NCBI GenBank assembly: GCA_048882385.1
Contig: JBHLRQ010000096.1
Location: 1-11,435, forward strand
From: Candidatus Thorarchaeota archaeon
GTDB taxonomy: Archaea > Asgardarchaeota > Thorarchaeia > Thorarchaeales > Thorarchaeaceae
Length of the DNA stretch: 11,435 nt
Direction of reading: 5' to 3'
The translations under genes were made by a program, and so were the position numbers. Each line of letters begins with the position of its first letter. The first letter of the stretch is position 1. The notes beneath the pieces are model-generated. The model saw only the letters and a program-made list of their open reading frames with translations, had not been told where the DNA came from and did not search any database. Positions 7,519-11,435 of this stretch are shown one piece after another.

Positions 7519-7998
7519 CTAATGATGCCATTTCTTTGATGCCCTGCTAACTAGTCCTAGAACATCAACAGCTTCGCCTCTCAAATCGGGTTTCCACTCT
7601 ACAACGTCTTTAACCTTGTCTCTTCCAGCATTTTCGATGAGGAAACTTTCTAGAATGCGTAGGTTCTGTTCGTCCATATTTGCTGCTTTCATAGCATCTC
7701 TTCCAGAAGGATATCCTCCTTTTGGAGTTTCAGAAGTTGTATTAACATACCAAAAATTACGGATAATTTTGACAGCTGCAATTCGAGCTGGACAAGTTGG
7801 GATATTCTCAATAAATAGTACCGTATCACCTGATTGTATCTCACTCTCACTTGCACGAGAATCTCCATTCATGTCGATGATACTTTCCTTGAATTCATAC
7901 AAGACTTTCTTAGCCGCTTTCCTTAGAACATCAAGCGAGGTGTCTACAATGATCCCTTCTTCAGTACCGCTCCCTAATTTTTCACTATTCTCTGGCAT
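7519..7998 (-). CDS. Hypothetical protein (159 aa, soluble)
   Basis: ATG-started ORF that fills the gap between genes, with normal charged-protein composition. Upstream minus-strand GGAAAGGTTAAA resembles BRE-TATA. No family recognised. Confidence 0.75.
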   Translation of the reverse strand: MPENSEKLGSGTEEGIIVDTSLDVLRKAAKKVLYEFKESIIDMNGDSRASESEIQSGDTVLFIENIPTCPARIAAVKIIRNFWYVNTTSETPKGGYPSGRDAMKAANMDEQNLRILESFLIENAGRDKVKDVVEWKPDLRGEAVDVLGLVSRASKKWHH

Positions 7999-8053
7999 AG
8001 CAAGTACTCATTGAACATCGTGCTGTTTAACCTTTCCTCTAGTTGTTTACTTC

Positions 8054-8076
8054 AAATGAAAACCTCATTTTTAAAA
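8054..8076 (+). promoter_or_regulatory. Palindrome AAATGA-N5-TCATTT overlapping a TATA-like TTTTTAAAA upstream of the MBL-rhodanese gene
   Basis: AAATGA AAACC TCATTT at 8054-8070; TTTTTAAAA at 8068-8076; GGTGA RBS at 8099-8103. Confidence 0.45.
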
Positions 8077-8111
8077 GACAGAACATTTCTTTGCTTTGGG
8101 TGAGATATTCT

Positions 8112-9500
8112 ATGAGGATAACCACAATTAGGTCTGAAGGGCTTTCAGCTCTGTCTTACTTTGTTAGTTCAGGTGATGAGGCTTTAGTTATTGATCCTCG
8201 TCGTGATGCTTATATCTATGCACAACTTGCTGAGGAAAAGGGTGTCCAGATATCTCACATTTTCGAAACTCATCTCAATGAGGACTATGTCATTGGGTCC
8301 CTAGAGCTCCAAAATAGGGCACCTGATTCTAAGATTGCACACTCCAAAGAAACCTCCTTCAAGTATGGTAATATCCGACTTCATGATGAAGATACATTCA
8401 ATGTTGGAAACATGCATGTAACCTGTTTGCACACACCAGGTCATACTGATGATAGTATGTGCTATGTTATAGCTGACGAATCTGTAAGTCCCGATCCCAT
8501 TGTAGCTTTTACTGGTGATACCTTGTTTGTTAATTCGGTTGGTCGTACTGATTTAGTGGATATCAAAAAGCATGAAGAAATGTCCCGGAAACTGTATCAG
8601 AGTCTACATCAGAAGATACTCTCACTTGAGGACGGAGTAGTCATTCATCCTGGCCATGGCTCTGGCTCTGTCTGTGGAGGCGCTATTGGAGACCGTGAGT
8701 TCTCTACAATTGGATATGAGAAACATCATAATGAATGGTTAAGCCTGAACGAGGAAGAGTTTGTTCAATCGAAAATCAACCAACGACTTACTACTGCGTC
8801 ATACTTCAAACATTGTGAACATCTCAATACAGTTGGAGCTACAATCCTCGAAGATCTACCTACTATCAATGAGCTTGATGTTGAAACATTTTCAGACTTG
8901 TTGAAAGATGATCAACATCGAGCCATAGATATGCGGTCATCAAGTGAATTTCTTGAGAAACATATTCCCGGTTCAATCAGTCTCAGCATAGAAAATATGG
9001 GGCGTCTTGTTGGCTGGGCTCTAAGACCTACTCAGAGTTTCTCAATAATTCTGAGGGATAAGATTAGAAACTTGGATTTGGCAAAAGCCATGCTTTATAG
9101 AGTTGGCTTCGATGACATACGCGGATATTTGAAGAACGGTGTTGATATTTGGACCAGAAGTGGTCGTGAGAGCAGTTCAATCGAAATCTTGTCATTGGAA
9201 GTCTTAGGGGCATATCAAACAAGGTCTGAAATGAACATAATTGATGTTCGAGAACACTTTGAGTACGATAAGGAAAGAATAGAAGGCTCATCGAGCTATC
9301 CTCTCACTGAATTTGAGGAGGTTGCAGATACTATCGAAACTGACAGACCCATTACCACCATCTGTCCAAGTGGATACAGAAGTACAACCGCTGCAAGTAT
9401 TCTAAAGAGAAAGGGAATCGGGAATGTTTTCGCTACATTATCTGGTCTGAAATCTTGGAAAGCACACGACTTTCCACTTGAAAACATCACTGAAGAATGA
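8112..9500 (+). CDS. MBL-fold metallo-hydrolase fused to two rhodanese domains (CstB/persulfide dioxygenase-sulfurtransferase-like)
   Basis: IDPRRD, FETHLNEDY, HTPGHT, FTGDTLF, GRTDL, HPGHGSGSVCG and STIGYEK motifs. These are followed by a Cys-less rhodanese (IDMR...HIPGS) and a rhodanese with the active-site loop ICPSGYRS. The real start is probably ATG 8112 after a GGTGA RBS, not TTG 8043. Confidence 0.92.
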   Translation: MRITTIRSEGLSALSYFVSSGDEALVIDPRRDAYIYAQLAEEKGVQISHIFETHLNEDYVIGSLELQNRAPDSKIAHSKETSFKYGNIRLHDEDTFNVGNMHVTCLHTPGHTDDSMCYVIADESVSPDPIVAFTGDTLFVNSVGRTDLVDIKKHEEMSRKLYQSLHQKILSLEDGVVIHPGHGSGSVCGGAIGDREFSTIGYEKHHNEWLSLNEEEFVQSKINQRLTTASYFKHCEHLNTVGATILEDLPTINELDVETFSDLLKDDQHRAIDMRSSSEFLEKHIPGSISLSIENMGRLVGWALRPTQSFSIILRDKIRNLDLAKAMLYRVGFDDIRGYLKNGVDIWTRSGRESSSIEILSLEVLGAYQTRSEMNIIDVREHFEYDKERIEGSSSYPLTEFEEVADTIETDRPITTICPSGYRSTTAASILKRKGIGNVFATLSGLKSWKAHDFPLENITEE

Positions 9501-9518
9501 TCTTGGAGGTTCGGAGTT

Positions 9519-11111
9519 ATGAAATGGCAAATACGAACAGGTCGATCTGATGTAATTGCTAGAGATGCAATGGTAGCATCGTCACAACCTCTTGCTACCC
9601 AAGCTGGATTGGATATCCTCAGACAAGGAGGTAATGCAATCGATGCTGCAGTTGCTGTAGCTGCAGTTTTGGATGTTGTAGAACCCTTCAGTACGGGATG
9701 TGGTGGTGATGCATTTTCCCTGATTCATCTCGCTCAAAGAGCAAAACCACTCAGCTATAATGGCTCAGGCCGATCTGGATCATTGGTCACTCTTCAAGAT
9801 CTACTTGATAAAGGGTGGACTGAAATGCCAACGCGTGGAGGACCGCCTGTCACTGTTCCCGGTGCTCTTCATCTCTGGACCACAGTTATTGAGAACCACG
9901 GTGCAATGGAGCTCAAGACTGTTCTTGAGCCAGCCATTCATTATGCACGAAATGGTTTTCCAGTATCCCCTTTGATTGGCTCAAGCTGGCCAAATACCAT
10001 TAATGTCATGCAAAATGATGAAGCTCGAAGAATTTTCACAGTTGATGGAAAAGCCCCTGAAATTGGACAGACAATGAAGAACAAAGATCTTGGGGATGTT
10101 TTTGAACAGGTTGGGAAAGAAGGATCTAACATTTTCTATACAGGTGAGATTGCAAGGTCAATTGTTGATACAGTTCAAGAATACAGAGGTTTTCTTACAC
10201 TTGAGGATCTTGAATCCCATAAGACTAGAGAAACAGAGGTTCTGTCTGTTTCATATCGAGATTTTGATGTGTACGAGCATCCTCCTAATGGTCAAGGTTT
10301 CGCTGCGCTACAGATGTTGAACATTATGGAAACCTTTGATTTAGCCAAATTGGATCCACTAGGTGAAGAGCGATTTCATTTGATGATTGAAGCCAAGAAA
10401 CTGGCATATTCGGATTTGCATGCTCATTGTGCAGACCCCGATTTCTATCAGGCTCCTCTAGATGACCTTTTGTCCAAATCATATGCGAAGAAGAGGGCTG
10501 GAGAGATTCACCTTGATTCAGCTATGACTGACTATTCCTCTGGTCTCTCTCTTGGAGAGGATACTATCTATCTAGCAACTGCTGATGGAGAAGGAAATGC
10601 AGTTTCTTTCATCAATAGTCTCTACATGGGAATTGGAAGTGGTCTTGTCGCTCCTGGAACTGGTATCAAACTCCAGAACCGTGGTCATCTCTTCTCTCTT
10701 GATCCCAAACATCCGAATTGCTATGCTCCAAAGAAACTACCATTCCACACCATTATTCCAGGAGCTATCTACAAAAAGAACGAACTATTGGGAGTTTTTG
10801 GGATCATGGGTGGAGCACATCAAGCCCAAGCTCATGCACAGTTCGTGAGTAATTTGATAGACTATGATATGACTCCTCAGGAGGCAATGGATTACCCAAG
10901 ATTCAACCATGATCATAGGACTAATACAGTCGGCCTCGAGATGGGCATTCCAATGCTCGTAGAGAGCGAGCTCATTAAAAGAGGTCATCAGCTTACTCAT
11001 GATGATGAAGTAAGATACTTTGGTGGCGGGCAGGCAATTCTTAGAATCCATGGAGATACATGGATTGCTGGATCTGATTATCGCAAAGATGGACATGCGG
11101 CAGGATATTGA
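9519..11111 (+). CDS. ggt: Gamma-glutamyltransferase family Ntn-hydrolase (cytoplasmic, YwrD/HpxW-like subfamily)
   Basis: MVASSQPLA, GGNAIDAAVA, GCGGDAF, TVPGA, PPNGQG, nucleophile Thr in EDTIYL (10563-10565), LQNRG, PFHTIIP, GIMGG..Q.Q, and C-terminal D.RKDG.AAGY. GGAGG RBS at 9505-9509; no signal peptide. Confidence 0.95.
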   Translation: MKWQIRTGRSDVIARDAMVASSQPLATQAGLDILRQGGNAIDAAVAVAAVLDVVEPFSTGCGGDAFSLIHLAQRAKPLSYNGSGRSGSLVTLQDLLDKGWTEMPTRGGPPVTVPGALHLWTTVIENHGAMELKTVLEPAIHYARNGFPVSPLIGSSWPNTINVMQNDEARRIFTVDGKAPEIGQTMKNKDLGDVFEQVGKEGSNIFYTGEIARSIVDTVQEYRGFLTLEDLESHKTRETEVLSVSYRDFDVYEHPPNGQGFAALQMLNIMETFDLAKLDPLGEERFHLMIEAKKLAYSDLHAHCADPDFYQAPLDDLLSKSYAKKRAGEIHLDSAMTDYSSGLSLGEDTIYLATADGEGNAVSFINSLYMGIGSGLVAPGTGIKLQNRGHLFSLDPKHPNCYAPKKLPFHTIIPGAIYKKNELLGVFGIMGGAHQAQAHAQFVSNLIDYDMTPQEAMDYPRFNHDHRTNTVGLEMGIPMLVESELIKRGHQLTHDDEVRYFGGGQAILRIHGDTWIAGSDYRKDGHAAGY

Positions 11112-11151
11112 GATACAAAGTAGTTTATCTACTTCGGTCTTATAGTTTTCT

Positions 11152-11209
11152 TGGATACAGACATGGAAAACCTGACTATCTGCATGATGAGGATTGATCC
11201 CGAACCAGA
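11152..11209 (+). ncRNA. Weak candidate box C/D-like (K-loop) small RNA
   Basis: CTGA (11172-11175), 8-nt spacer, perfect ATGATGA (11184-11190), then CCGA (11200-11203) or CAGA (11206-11209). No convincing 5' box C. Confidence 0.2.
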
Positions 11210-11222
11210 GCTTTGAAAGTTT

Positions 11223-11435
11223 TCAAGTTTCCATTATAACATCATAAGCGATGTTATCTGCATGATCGCTGATTCTCTCAAGATTTCTCAATGTTTCCAC
11301 GAAGACAGCGTCTGCTTGTGGATCGCACACTCCAGTACGCATACGTTCCACATGCGCGGCCTTTAGCTTTCGCTCCATTACGTCTACATCATCCTCAAGT
11401 CTTTCAGCAACTCGCGCGAGTTCTTTGTTCCTTGT
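11223..11435 (-). CDS. C-terminal PhoU domain, probably of a Na/Pi cotransporter family protein; truncated by the right edge
   Basis: Manual translation (not in the ORF track): TRNKELARVAERLEDDVDVMERKLKAAHVERMRTGVCDPQADAVFVETLRNLERISDHADNIAYDVIMET*. It has E..VD and NLERISDHADNIA PhoU motifs; H.ER...G.C is typical of Na/Pi cotransporter PhoU tails. Confidence 0.85.
   Translation of the reverse strand, partial: TRNKELARVAERLEDDVDVMERKLKAAHVERMRTGVCDPQADAVFVETLRNLERISDHADNIAYDVIMET

Noticed and set aside
7616-8014. 132-aa plus-strand ORF
   Set aside because: Ser/Leu/Phe-rich antisense shadow of 7519..7998, which has an ATG start, a promoter-like upstream and normal composition.
8043-8111. 23-aa N-terminal extension of the MBL protein from TTG 8043
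   Set aside because: It spans the TATA box and the GGTGA RBS; ATG 8112 matches the family N-terminus.
583-11096. Remaining short ORFs nested in or antisense to the called genes
   Set aside because: All overlap well-supported CDSs and show no recognisable motifs.
11184-11217. Eukaryote-like SECIS or hammerhead ribozyme downstream of ggt
   Set aside because: The helix above the putative UGAN/NGAN core pairs poorly. The hammerhead core needs CUGANGA and GAAA, but the sequence has AUGAUGA and GAAC. The GGT ends at its canonical AGY terminus.
1-11435. CRISPR arrays, tRNA/rRNA genes, IS elements, long tandem repeats
   Set aside because: All intergenic gaps are about 125 nt or shorter. By eye there are no repeat-spacer units, cloverleafs or transposase motifs.

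Overview
Gene-dense archaeal chromosomal window. The ER-type (Sec11/S26B) signal peptidase, GGTGA/GAGGT/GGAGG ribosome-binding sites and TATA-like boxes about 25 nt before apparently leaderless starts indicate an archaeon. Gene style is suggestive of Asgard/Thorarchaeia, but this is inference only. It holds 12 CDSs, two of them truncated by the window edges and absent from the ORF track. In order: partial Kbl/BioF-family PLP enzyme (-), pirin (-), creatininase-family amidohydrolase (-), YhhN/TMEM86 lysoplasmalogenase-like membrane protein (-), RimJ/RimL GNAT (+), MFS transporter (-), uncharacterised AAA+ ATPase with BrxD/DUF2791-like features and an unknown C-terminal domain (+), signal peptidase I (-), a 159-aa hypothetical protein (-), a CstB-like MBL-rhodanese fusion with a non-canonical metal motif (+), a gamma-glutamyltransferase (+), and the C-terminal PhoU domain of a probable Na/Pi cotransporter (-). 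No mobile element, CRISPR, tRNA or rRNA is visible. The best leads are the stand-alone ATPase and a long G-U-containing stem-loop right after it, the persulfide-dioxygenase-like/GGT operon, the YhhN-creatininase pair, several operator-like palindromes, and a weak box C/D-like motif in the last intergenic region. None is proven to be a new system.
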